From Algibacter sp. (GTDB lineage: Bacteria; Bacteroidota; Bacteroidia; Flavobacteriales; Flavobacteriaceae): a DNA stretch of 64,000 nucleotides. The position numbers and the translations under genes are program-made. The DNA lies in contig NZ_JBDWDG010000022.1 of the NCBI RefSeq assembly GCF_039977455.1, positions 452,983 through 516,982 of the forward strand. Reading direction: 5' to 3'. Below are positions 19,505 through 29,066 of the stretch, in pieces (positions within the stretch are counted from its first letter, which is position 1; every line of letters begins with the position of its first letter). The notes under the pieces are model-generated. The model did no database searches. It was given only the letters and a program-made list of their open reading frames with translations, and had not been told where the DNA came from.

Positions 19505-20134
19505 CTAATAATCTTGTATCATATTAATGATGGTTACAATAGAAATAACACCTGTAATACCGCCTATAATACGGTTCATGTTTTTTTGAGACGTAAAGGC
19601 TTTTCCTTTTATTTTATCAAAAAAGAAAATATACAAATACAACGTTACAAAGGTACCAGTAGCAGCACCAGCTACATAAGCCATAATACTAGTTTGCTCG
19701 AAGGTCATCCAACCAAAAGAAGCCAAAGTAATAGTCATATAAGCTTGATACGGAATAGGAAATACATTTATACCTGATAAAAACATACCTTGAAAAAACC
19801 GACTATGCTTACTTCTTATTTTGGGTTCCTTTTGCCGTTTAGGTTCAGATTTGGCAATAAACAAAAAGTAAATAGTTATTAAAATAAAAATAACCAAAGC
19901 GATAGCCCTCAAAACACCAATAACTTCATGATTCTTACTTAAATAGCGCGCAAAAATACTTGCTAAATACGTTTGTATTAAAACGATAACACATACACCT
20001 CCGGAAAACACAATACCTCTAACATGGCCTTCTTTTAGGCTTATTTTGGCTGCTGTCATATTTAACAACCCTGGTGGAATAACACCAATCATTGCAAAAA
20101 ATAAACCTAAAAAAAATATAAAGGTGATATTCAC
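19505..20134 (-). CDS. LysE-family membrane transporter
   Basis: GVIPPGLLN motif, about six TM segments. Confidence 0.75.
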   Translation of the reverse strand: MNITFIFFLGLFFAMIGVIPPGLLNMTAAKISLKEGHVRGIVFSGGVCVIVLIQTYLASIFARYLSKNHEVIGVLRAIALVIFILITIYFLFIAKSEPKRQKEPKIRSKHSRFFQGMFLSGINVFPIPYQAYMTITLASFGWMTFEQTSIMAYVAGAATGTFVTLYLYIFFFDKIKGKAFTSQKNMNRIIGGITGVISIVTIINMIQDY

Positions 20135-20136
20135 AC

Positions 20137-20811
20137 TTATTTTATTTTGAATTTAATGTAGGTAATGGGTTTGTTTTGTTCTAAATATTGCGACTCGTAA
20201 AAGGTTTGAATACTTGTTACCTCTTCCGGACTACCCTCTTGTTTATAAACATTATGATTAGCATAAAGCACTTCGTGTCCTGCACCATGCAACAAACCAA
20301 GCGTGTAACCATGCATAAATTCACTATCGGTTTTAAGGTTAACCTCGCCTTCAGGTTTTAAAATTTGCTTGTAACGCTCCAAAAAGGCCGCATTAGTCAT
20401 ACGGTGTTTGGTACGCTTATATTTTATTTGCGGATCTGGGAAGGTTATCCAGATTTCGTCAACCTCGTTTTCTGCAAAGGCATGATCAATTAATTCTATT
20501 TGTGTTCGAAGAAAAGCTACATTGGGTATATTTTCTTCAATGGCCGTTTTAGCACCTCGCCAAAAACGAGCACCTTTTATATCGATCCCTACAAAGTTCT
20601 TATTAGGGTATTTTTTTGCTAAAGCAACCGAATACTCACCTTTACCACAACCTAACTCTAAAACCAAAGGGTTATCGTTATTAAAGATATTTGCTCTCCA
20701 GTTTCCCTTTTGCTTAAAATTTGAATTTACCAAATCTTCTCTTGTGGGTTGAACGACATTTGAAAACGTTTCGTTTTCTTTAAATCTTCTAAGTTTGTTT
20801 TTACTTCCCAA
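20137..20811 (-). CDS. trmB: tRNA (guanine-N7) methyltransferase
   Basis: ELGCGKGE, GIDIKGAR, FPDPQ, KTD, TFYE. Confidence 0.95.
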   Translation of the reverse strand: MGSKNKLRRFKENETFSNVVQPTREDLVNSNFKQKGNWRANIFNNDNPLVLELGCGKGEYSVALAKKYPNKNFVGIDIKGARFWRGAKTAIEENIPNVAFLRTQIELIDHAFAENEVDEIWITFPDPQIKYKRTKHRMTNAAFLERYKQILKPEGEVNLKTDSEFMHGYTLGLLHGAGHEVLYANHNVYKQEGSPEEVTSIQTFYESQYLEQNKPITYIKFKIK

Positions 20812-20948
20812 AGTTTATTAACGATTTCTTATTATTATATAATTTTTGGTAAAATTAAGGAAATAAATGGCAGCCTTAATATCTTATCTTTGATTATCGT
20901 TAAAAAGTACGTGAGGCCTGCCTTTGAGGTACGTATAAATAATTAGTT

Positions 20949-22001
20949 ATGAAAAAACGGATTTTAGTTGCTCCCTTAAATTGGGGACTCGGACATGCCA
21001 CGCGGTGTATTCCTATAATTAAGGCCTTAATTAACGCCAATTTTGTTCCGATAATTGCTAGCGATGGTGTTGCATTAACATTGCTGCGGAAGGAATTCCC
21101 TAGTCTTCAAACTATAGAATTACCATCATATAATGTAACCTACTCTAAAAACGGAAAGTTTTTTAAGCTAAAACTACTTAAAGATTCTCCTAAACTTTTA
21201 AAGGCTATTAAGGCTGAAAAAAAATCGATTAAATCTATTATTGAAAAATATGATATTTGGGGTATAATTTCGGATAATAGATTGGGAGTAAGACATAAAA
21301 ATGTACCATCGGTTTTTATAACGCATCAATTGAATGTATTGAGTGGTAATACCACTTGGTTAAGTACAAAATTGCATCAAAAGATCATCAAAAAATTTGA
21401 TATATGTTGGGTTCCAGATGCTGAAGGCGATATAAATTTAAGTGGTAAACTAGGGCATATAGACAATTTTGACATCCCCATAAAATACTTAGGACCAATG
21501 AGTAGATTGACAAAATCGAACTCGAAAATTAAAAATGATATTTTAGTTTTATTATCGGGACCTGAGCCGCAGCGATCCTTACTTGAGGATAAGTTACTTT
21601 CTGAATTTAAAAAATTTAAAGGTAAAGTAGTGTTTGTTAAGGGTATCATGCAGCCTGAACAGAGCATACAATTTTTGGGCAACTTGACTATTTATAATTT
21701 TATGACTTCTGAATTATTAGAAAAAACTATAAATGAAAGCGCTTTGGTGGTATCGAGATCCGGATATACAACAGTAATGGATTTAGCTAAACTAAATAAA
21801 AAAGCGTTTTTTATCCCTACGCCTGGACAGTTTGAACAGGTATATTTAGCAAACCGACTTAGCGAGATGCTTTTAGTGCCCACTTGTTCTCAGGATGAGT
21901 TTACTTTAGAAAAATTAGATACGAATACGCCTTATAAAGGTTTAACAGCTTTTAATTTTGAATTGGATTACGAAAACTTATTTTCGATTTTTAGCCGATA
22001 A
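20949..22001 (+). CDS. GT-B glycosyltransferase (GT28/MJ1255-like)
   Basis: NWGLGHATR, SRSGYTT, PTPGQFEQ. Confidence 0.88.
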   Translation: MKKRILVAPLNWGLGHATRCIPIIKALINANFVPIIASDGVALTLLRKEFPSLQTIELPSYNVTYSKNGKFFKLKLLKDSPKLLKAIKAEKKSIKSIIEKYDIWGIISDNRLGVRHKNVPSVFITHQLNVLSGNTTWLSTKLHQKIIKKFDICWVPDAEGDINLSGKLGHIDNFDIPIKYLGPMSRLTKSNSKIKNDILVLLSGPEPQRSLLEDKLLSEFKKFKGKVVFVKGIMQPEQSIQFLGNLTIYNFMTSELLEKTINESALVVSRSGYTTVMDLAKLNKKAFFIPTPGQFEQVYLANRLSEMLLVPTCSQDEFTLEKLDTNTPYKGLTAFNFELDYENLFSIFSR

Positions 22002-22010
22002 ATTTAGTTT

Positions 22011-23060
22011 TTAAATAGAATCTGCTTTTTCTAAAGTAAACGAAAACTCACTACCTACACCAAACTCGCTTTCTACATAAATTTTTTCGTGATGTGCCTC
22101 TATAATATGTTTTACGATAGAAAGTCCTAAACCTGAACCACCTTCTTTTCTAGAGCCACTTTTATCCACACGGTAAAAACGTTCAAACAACCTTGGTATA
22201 TGTACTTTACTTATACCTTCACCATTATCGGTTACACGCACAATGACCTTATTTTTAATAAGATTTTCTATGCTAATCTCTGTGGTACCCTTATCACTGC
22301 CATATTTTAGAGAGTTTACAATTAAATTGGCTAACACCTGTTGTATACGCTCTCTATCTGCATTTACCATAACAGGGTTTGGGTAATCCCTATCAAAAGT
22401 TAGCGTTATTTTTTTCTTGTGAGCTTTCATTTCCAACATATCAAACACGTTTTCTACAAGTTCAACAATATCAAAAACCTCCATATTTAAACTTAAATCA
22501 CCAACTTCCAGTTTGGTAATCATGTCTAAATCTTTAATTATATATCCTAGTCTTTCAATACCTTTACTAGCACGTTCAAGATATTTTTCTCTAATATTTT
22601 TATCGTCCATGGCACCATCAAGTAAGGTTAAGATATAACCTTGAACGGTAAACAGTGGTGTTTTTAATTCATGAGACACATTACCTAAAAAATCTTTTCT
22701 GTAGGCCTCTCTAACTTTTAAGGATTCAATTTCAAACTTTTTATCCCTTGCAAAGCGATCTATTTCTTGTGTAAGCGTTTGCATGTCGGTGGTAATAGCA
22801 CCTTTATCCAAATTAGCCGATTCTAAAAGGGTTAAATCATCGTATATCTTTTTTACACGCTTATAAATAAAACGTTCTACACTAAATTGAATAATTATAA
22901 AGGAAAATACAAATACACATACTGCAAGCAAAATAGGATAATACCAAAGCAATTGGAAATTAAAATACAAAAAAACACTCATTAAGAGTGTTGTGTATAA
23001 TGTTATAAACAATGCTGTACGAGCAGCAAATCGATATGATTTTTTAAATTTTGCCTGCAT
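22011..23060 (-). CDS. Sensor histidine kinase (PhoR-like)
   Basis: SHELKTPL H-box, NLIVNSLKY, DNGEG, ERFYRVD, GSGLGL. Confidence 0.95.
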   Translation of the reverse strand: MQAKFKKSYRFAARTALFITLYTTLLMSVFLYFNFQLLWYYPILLAVCVFVFSFIIIQFSVERFIYKRVKKIYDDLTLLESANLDKGAITTDMQTLTQEIDRFARDKKFEIESLKVREAYRKDFLGNVSHELKTPLFTVQGYILTLLDGAMDDKNIREKYLERASKGIERLGYIIKDLDMITKLEVGDLSLNMEVFDIVELVENVFDMLEMKAHKKKITLTFDRDYPNPVMVNADRERIQQVLANLIVNSLKYGSDKGTTEISIENLIKNKVIVRVTDNGEGISKVHIPRLFERFYRVDKSGSRKEGGSGLGLSIVKHIIEAHHEKIYVESEFGVGSEFSFTLEKADSI

Positions 23061-23062
23061 GT

Positions 23063-23743
23063 TTAATCTACAAACTTATAGCCTACGCCTTTAATGGTTT
23101 TAAAGCTTTTATCACCTAATTTTTCACGAAGCTTTCTAATATGTACATCAATGGTTCTACCTCCAACAACAACTTCGTTACCCCAAACAGCATCAAGAAT
23201 CTCATCTCTTTTAAATACTTTTCCTGGTTTGGATGCAAGTAAAGATAATAATTCAAATTCTTTTCTAGGTAAAACAAGCTCTTTACCTTTCGAAATAATT
23301 TTATACTCGTCTCTATTAATAACCAAGCTACCAACTTTTAATGTCTCGGAAACCTCTACCTCTTTAAAGCGTCTTAAAAGTGCTTTAACTTTACTTATTA
23401 AAACCTTTGGTTTTATAGGCTTGGTTATATAATCATCGGCACCAGCATCAAACCCTGCAACTTGAGAATAATCCTCTCCTCTAGCGGTTAAAAACGTAAT
23501 AATTGAATGCTTTAAATCAGCAATTTTTCTAATGTTTTCGCAGGCCTCAATACCATCCATTTCTGGCATCATAACATCAAGAATTATTAAATGCGGAAGT
23601 TCACTTTTAGCTTTCTTTACACCTTCTAATCCGTTTTCTGCTGTAATAACTTGATATCCTTCATTGGACAAATTATAGCCTACTATTTCTAAAATATCTG
23701 GCTCATCATCAACCAATAAAATCTTAATATCCTTGTTTTTCAT
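23063..23743 (-). CDS. OmpR/PhoB-family response regulator
   Basis: VDDE, LDVMMP, FLTA, DYITKP, RTIDVHIRKLR, GVGY. Confidence 0.96.
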   Translation of the reverse strand: MKNKDIKILLVDDEPDILEIVGYNLSNEGYQVITAENGLEGVKKAKSELPHLIILDVMMPEMDGIEACENIRKIADLKHSIITFLTARGEDYSQVAGFDAGADDYITKPIKPKVLISKVKALLRRFKEVEVSETLKVGSLVINRDEYKIISKGKELVLPRKEFELLSLLASKPGKVFKRDEILDAVWGNEVVVGGRTIDVHIRKLREKLGDKSFKTIKGVGYKFVD

Positions 23744-23813
23744 TATTAAAATACATGTTTCTTGAAGTAAAGATAAAGCTTAAAACATAAGATTATAAAA
23801 TTTTTAAAATAAA

Positions 23814-23853
23814 TAACAATTAGGTAACAATAGGCTTACCTACTGTTAACATT
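23814..23853 (+). promoter_or_regulatory. Putative response-regulator binding array (11-bp period)
   Basis: TAACAAT at 23814 and 23825, TAACATT at 23847, degenerate unit at 23836. Confidence 0.45.
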
Positions 23854-23937
23854 TCGACCAATTACCCCAATCTTTAACAGTATTTTGGCATCAATTTTGT
23901 AGTAATTTGTTACTTTTATAACACCAAATCGTAGTAT

Positions 23938-24279
23938 ATGAAAAAAGTTTACTTTATAATTTTATTTTTAAGCTTTGCGTGTTTTACCTCCCAGAAAATG
24001 GAGGCTCAAGCGTATGCTCAAAACACGGCATCACCTTCAAAAATAGAAGGTTTAACCATTTACCCTAACCCTGTAAATGCTGCAAAACCATACATTAATA
24101 TTAGCTCTAAACGTAGTCTTATTAAAAATGTTGAAGTTTTTGATGTGTTAGGGAAAAAAGTATTTGCTACCGTTTTAGCCGGAAAAGAGTTAAACGTTTC
24201 TAACCTACAAAAAGGCGTTTACATCTTAAAAATTAGCGAAAACAATGTTAGCGAATCTAGAAAACTTGTTATTCGATAA
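23938..24279 (+). CDS. Small T9SS type-A sorting domain protein (signal peptide plus CTD only)
   Basis: Signal peptide, then IYPNP, VFDVLGK, LQKGVYILK, RKLVIR. Confidence 0.88.
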   Translation: MKKVYFIILFLSFACFTSQKMEAQAYAQNTASPSKIEGLTIYPNPVNAAKPYINISSKRSLIKNVEVFDVLGKKVFATVLAGKELNVSNLQKGVYILKISENNVSESRKLVIR

Positions 24280-24301
24280 CTTATTTATTTAAAATATTAT
24301 T

Positions 24302-24331
24302 AAGGCGTTGTTTTTAGCAGCGCTTTTTTTT
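24302..24331 (+). terminator. Probable terminator after the CTD gene
   Basis: AAGGCGTTG...CAGCGC hairpin followed by a T-run. Confidence 0.55.
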
Positions 24332-24341
24332 GTTTTTTTGT

Positions 24342-24431
24342 GGCGTTACCCGAAAAGGGTCGGGCTATCGCTTACAAGTCCTCGCACCTCCTACGTCGAG
24401 CTGTGGGCTTTCCACTACTATCCCTAACGCA
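24342..24431 (+). repeat. Dispersed structured repeat, copy 3 (Flavo-1-like)
   Basis: GGCGTTACCCGAAAAGGGTCGGGC...AAGTCCTCGCACCTCCTACGTCG...TCCCTAACGC. Confidence 0.85.
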
Positions 24432-24518
24432 AATACCAACTAAACTTCAACAGTTCTACTTGTATAAGAATACCATATTAATAAATTGTATTACGTACTT
24501 TTGTTTCTTTGTTAAAGC

Positions 24519-25499
24519 ATGATAGATACACAATCCATATTTAATATTAAAACCCAAGCAGACTTTGAAGATATAGCACTTAAAATCTTCAAGTTTCAGT
24601 TTGATAACAATAAAGTTTACAGATCGTTTTGCGATTTGTTGTACATACACCCTAGCGATGTAAAAACTCTTAAGGACATCCCTTTTTTACCCATTCAATT
24701 TTTTAAAACCCGAGAAGTTTTAAGTGATTCTGCACCTATAAAAACAACTTTTACTAGTTCTGGCACAACCGGAAGCGAAACGAGCAAACATCATGTTACC
24801 AATCTAGATATTTACCAGCAAAGCTTTACTAAAGGTTTTCAACAATTTTATGGACCTATTGAAGACTTTGTTGTTTTAGGGCTTTTACCATCTTATTTAG
24901 AGCGCAAAGGATCGTCCTTAATTTATATGGTGGATTCTATGATAAAAACCTCTAAACATCCCGAAAGTGGTTTTTACTTAAATAACCTTTCAGAATTAAA
25001 AGACACATTAATTAAACTGGATCAAGATGGTAAAAAAAATATTCTTATTGGTGTGTCATTTGCTTTATTAGATTTAATTGAAACCTATAAATTCGACTTA
25101 AAAACCACCATTATCATGGAAACAGGCGGTATGAAAGGTCGTAGAAAGGAACTTATTAGAACCGAACTACATAATACCTTAAAAAAAGGTTTTGGTGTAG
25201 ACCACATTCATAGCGAATACGGCATGACCGAACTTTTAAGTCAGGCCTACTCCAAAGGAAATGGCGTATTTAATTGTCCGCCTTGGATGAGTGTTTTAAC
25301 TCGTGACCCTGAAGATGCACTTACTATTCAAAAACCAGGAAAAGCTGGTGGCTTAAACATAATAGATTTAGCCAATATAAACTCGTGTTCCTTTATTGCT
25401 ACTCAAGATTTAGGACGGGTAAATAGCGATAATTCCTTTGAAGTTATTGGACGTTTCGATAATTCGGACATTCGTGGATGTAACCTTATGGTGCTTTAG
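24519..25499 (+). CDS. LuxE-like acyl-protein synthetase/acyltransferase
   Basis: LPIQFFK, FTSSGTTG, SEYGMTELLSQ, FIATQDLG, GRFDNSDIRGC. Confidence 0.82.
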   Translation: MIDTQSIFNIKTQADFEDIALKIFKFQFDNNKVYRSFCDLLYIHPSDVKTLKDIPFLPIQFFKTREVLSDSAPIKTTFTSSGTTGSETSKHHVTNLDIYQQSFTKGFQQFYGPIEDFVVLGLLPSYLERKGSSLIYMVDSMIKTSKHPESGFYLNNLSELKDTLIKLDQDGKKNILIGVSFALLDLIETYKFDLKTTIIMETGGMKGRRKELIRTELHNTLKKGFGVDHIHSEYGMTELLSQAYSKGNGVFNCPPWMSVLTRDPEDALTIQKPGKAGGLNIIDLANINSCSFIATQDLGRVNSDNSFEVIGRFDNSDIRGCNLMVL

Positions 25500-25545
25500 C
25501 TTGTAAGGTATTCGGAATTTTTAGACTTATTATAAAACATTATTT

Positions 25546-25992
25546 ATGAAAAGTTTAATGGTATTACTTCTACTAACTATTTCCACAGTATCGGCACAAT
25601 CTATAGATTATAACTTAAAAAATGGATTTATAGCCAATGGTTACGATGTTGTAGCTTATTTTAATAATAAAGCTATTGAGGGTGATAATACCTACACTGC
25701 TTCTTTTGATGGCGCTAAATACAAGTTTTCAACCGAAGAAAATTTAAAAACTTTTAAGAAGAATCCTGAAAAATACATTCCCGAATATGGGGGTTATTGT
25801 GCTTATGCCATTGGTGCAAAAAGCGATAAAGTCTCTATAAATCCAAAAACATTTCAAATTAAAGATGATAAGCTTTATTTGTTTTATAATGCTTGGGGCA
25901 CAAATACTTTGGATTTATGGAAGAAGGAAAACGAAAATAAATTAAAAGATAAAGCCGATAAAAATTGGCAAAAAATAAAATTTAAAAAATAA
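25546..25992 (+). CDS. Exported YHS-domain protein
   Basis: Signal peptide; GYDVVAYF, PEYGGYCAY, KLYLF. Confidence 0.85.
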   Translation: MKSLMVLLLLTISTVSAQSIDYNLKNGFIANGYDVVAYFNNKAIEGDNTYTASFDGAKYKFSTEENLKTFKKNPEKYIPEYGGYCAYAIGAKSDKVSINPKTFQIKDDKLYLFYNAWGTNTLDLWKKENENKLKDKADKNWQKIKFKK

Positions 25993-26083
25993 TTATAAAA
26001 CTGAGTAAGTTATTAAAAAGAATTACGACCAACTAATAGCTAAGAAAAAGAAAAATTAGCTTTTTAGTTAGTTGGTTAATTAT

Positions 26084-26109
26084 AAAGCCTGAGTGAAAAC
26101 TCAGGCTTT
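26084..26109. terminator. Bidirectional terminator between the YHS gene and tyrS
   Basis: AAAGCCTGAG-TGAAAA-CTCAGGCTTT. Confidence 0.8.
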
Positions 26110-26116
26110 ATTGTTT

Positions 26117-27412
26117 TTAAACAATTTGTAACACAAAATAATTTTTCTTGCCACGCTGTAACAAAACAAACTTATTATTAATTAAGTCTTTTGTAGTAAT
26201 ACTATAATCGTCTTTTACTTTTTCTTTATTAACAGAAATAGAATTTTCCTTTAGTGCTCTTCTAGCTTCACCGTTCGATTTTAAAAAACCGCCTTTTTCA
26301 GCTAAGGCAGCAATGATATCCAACCCGTTTTCTATTTCAGATTTTTCTATTTGAGTTTGTGGCACGCCATCAAAAACATCTAAAAACGTTTGTTCGTTCA
26401 ATTGCTTTAAATCTTCGCTAGTGGATTTTCCAAATAAAATACTACTTGCTTTTATGGCATTATCTAAATCTTCTTTAGAGTGTACCATTACTGTAATCTC
26501 CTCAGCCAAACGCTTTTGCAATACTCTTAAATGTGGTGCTTCTTTATGTTCTTCAATTAAGGCTATAATTTCTTCTTTTTCAAGAAAGGTAAATATCTTA
26601 ATGTATTTTTCTGCATCAATATCGCTAGTATTTAGCCAATACTGATAAAACTTATAAGGTGAAGTTCTTTTTGTATCTAGCCATATATTCCCACCTTCAG
26701 TTTTACCAAATTTAGTTCCATCTGCTTTAGTGATTAAAGGCCATGTTAAAGCGTACCCTTTACCAGAATCTACTCGTCGTATCAACTCCGTACCTGTGGT
26801 GATGTTCCCCCACTGGTCACTACCTCCCATTTGTAAAGTACATTTTTTGTTTCTGTATAAATGCAAGAAATCATAACCTTGTACTAATTGATATGTAAAT
26901 TCGGTAAAACTCATACCTACCGAAGATTCAGAGGACAAACGCTTTTTAACAGAATCTTTCGCCATCATATAATTGACGGTAAGGTGTTTACCTACATCTC
27001 TAATAAATTCAAGAAATGAAAACTTTTTCATCCAATCATAATTATTAACTATGATAGCTGCATTTTCCGCATCACTATCAAAATCTAAAAATCGAGACAA
27101 CTGTTCCTTAATAGCATTTTGATTATGCTCAAGGGTTTTTTCATCTAGTAAATTCCGTTCTGCAGATTTCCCTGAAGGATCTCCAATCATACCTGTAGCC
27201 CCACCAACAAGCGCAACGGGCTTATGTCCTGACAATTGAAAATGTCTTAACCCCATAACACCTACTAAATGACCAATATGTAACGAATCGGCAGTTGGAT
27301 CAATACCAACATAAGCCAAACGCATAGACTCTAATAGATGCTCCTCAGTACCTGGCATGCTATCTTGTATCATGCCTCTCCAAGTTAATTCTTCAACAAA
27401 ATTCTTTATCAT
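26117..27412 (-). CDS. tyrS: Tyrosine--tRNA ligase
   Basis: [27 protein letters not shown]-terminal S4 domain. Confidence 0.98.
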   Translation of the reverse strand: MIKNFVEELTWRGMIQDSMPGTEEHLLESMRLAYVGIDPTADSLHIGHLVGVMGLRHFQLSGHKPVALVGGATGMIGDPSGKSAERNLLDEKTLEHNQNAIKEQLSRFLDFDSDAENAAIIVNNYDWMKKFSFLEFIRDVGKHLTVNYMMAKDSVKKRLSSESSVGMSFTEFTYQLVQGYDFLHLYRNKKCTLQMGGSDQWGNITTGTELIRRVDSGKGYALTWPLITKADGTKFGKTEGGNIWLDTKRTSPYKFYQYWLNTSDIDAEKYIKIFTFLEKEEIIALIEEHKEAPHLRVLQKRLAEEITVMVHSKEDLDNAIKASSILFGKSTSEDLKQLNEQTFLDVFDGVPQTQIEKSEIENGLDIIAALAEKGGFLKSNGEARRALKENSISVNKEKVKDDYSITTKDLINNKFVLLQRGKKNYFVLQIV

Positions 27413-27499
27413 TATTCTTAAATTTTTACAAAACTATGCAAAGATAAAAATACAAGTATAATTCCTTATGGATTATGAATAATTCTTTAATTTAGTTGC

Positions 27500-28501
27500 A
27501 TGATATTAGTAACAGGAGGAACAGGACTAGTTGGAGCGCATTTACTATATAAACTTGCTTCCGATAATGATAAAGTAAGAGCTATTTACAGAAATAAACA
27601 AAAAATTTCTAATACTAAAGATGTATTCTCTTGTTATACTGATAATAGCGATACTTTATTTAACCGCATAGAATGGGTTGAGGCAGACCTCTTGGATATC
27701 TCTGCACTTAGTGATGCTTTTATAGGAATTACAAAAGTATATCATTGCGCCGCGTTTGTATCGTTTGAGCCCGATAAATACCAACTTTTACGAAAAACAA
27801 ATATTGTGGGCACTGCAAATATTGTTAACCTAAGTATTTCTAATAAAATTGAAAAGCTTTGTTATGTGAGCTCAATTGCAACACTAGGCAATACTTTAAA
27901 AAACACTGAAATAACAGAAGAAACCATTTGGAATCCTGAAGATGACAATAACGTTTACGCCATTACAAAATATGGTGCCGAAATGGAGGTTTGGAGAGGT
28001 ACACAAGAAGGTCTTGATGCTGTAATTGTAAACCCTGGTGTTATTTTAGGTGCCGGTATTTGGCGTTATGGCACAGGGAATTTATTTAAAAAAGCTAAAA
28101 AAGGTTTTAAATACTATCCTTCTGGCACAGTTGGATTGGTAGCTGTAAATGATGTTATTGATATAATGATAACGTTAATGCATAGCCAAATTAAAAATGA
28201 ACGCTTTATTCTAGTTGCAGAAAACTGGACTTACAAAAGGTTTTTACATGCCTTGGCAAAAGCTGTAAATGCAAAACCTCCTAAAAAACAAGCAAGTAAA
28301 AGACTTTTGAATATGGCTTGGAAAATGGATTGGTTAAAACATAAACTAACAGGTAAACGAAGACAATTAACTAAACATTTAGTGCAATCGTTAACTACAG
28401 AGAAACATTATAGTAGTACTAAAATAAAAACAGCTTTAAACTATAAATTTAAAGCTGTTGATAACACCATTACTGCTATTGGAAACCTTTATCTGAAATA
28501 G
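27500..28501 (+). CDS. NAD-dependent epimerase/dehydratase
   Basis: VTGGTGLVG, HCAA, YAITK. Confidence 0.9.
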   Translation: MILVTGGTGLVGAHLLYKLASDNDKVRAIYRNKQKISNTKDVFSCYTDNSDTLFNRIEWVEADLLDISALSDAFIGITKVYHCAAFVSFEPDKYQLLRKTNIVGTANIVNLSISNKIEKLCYVSSIATLGNTLKNTEITEETIWNPEDDNNVYAITKYGAEMEVWRGTQEGLDAVIVNPGVILGAGIWRYGTGNLFKKAKKGFKYYPSGTVGLVAVNDVIDIMITLMHSQIKNERFILVAENWTYKRFLHALAKAVNAKPPKKQASKRLLNMAWKMDWLKHKLTGKRRQLTKHLVQSLTTEKHYSSTKIKTALNYKFKAVDNTITAIGNLYLK

Positions 28502-29066
28502 GTTCTACTAAACCTTCTATTTCCTGTATACTTTCTTCCAATAACTTTTCTTCATCTATTTCACCATTATTTTTCTTTAAACGCTCGCCATTTGGTTTTT
28601 TAAAAACACTTTTATCAATTGGATTAACGTTTAAGGAATCTACTGTCTTATTTTTTTCTTTTAAAACTGCTGCTAAAGAATCTGCTTCTCTTTTAGTTTG
28701 TTCTTTCCACTCTTTAGCTTCCTGTTCTTTTAAAACTTCTTTTAATTTTGTTAAGCTATCAGTTAACTTGGTATAAATCTCCTCATACTCATCAACATAA
28801 TAGGAGTAATAACTATTGCTTAAAGCAAATTGTAAGCTATCAATATTATGTTTTTTAAAAACATAGTTATTCATATCAAGACCACTATCTCTCATAATCA
28901 TCTTGTTTTTAGAATTAGCAGATGTTAATAGTCTAGCGTCAATTAAAATATCCACCATTTTATCTTTGGAGATTAATTTTTTTGGCTTTTCTGGACCTTT
29001 TAAATTAGTACAAGCTAGCGCCATAAAAATTATTCCAACAACAAGTAAAAGTCGTTTTAAAATCAT
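28476..29066 (-). CDS. DUF4296 lipoprotein
   Basis: Lipobox ALAC; KPKKLISKDKM, IDSLQF..SN.YY. Confidence 0.8.
   Translation of the reverse strand: MILKRLLLVVGIIFMALACTNLKGPEKPKKLISKDKMVDILIDARLLTSANSKNKMIMRDSGLDMNNYVFKKHNIDSLQFALSNSYYSYYVDEYEEIYTKLTDSLTKLKEVLKEQEAKEWKEQTKREADSLAAVLKEKNKTVDSLNVNPIDKSVFKKPNGERLKKNNGEIDEEKLLEESIQEIEGLVEPISDKGFQ

Noticed and set aside
25546-25992. YHS protein as a selenoprotein
   Set aside because: It has Cys (GGYCAY), no in-frame TGA, and ends at TAA.
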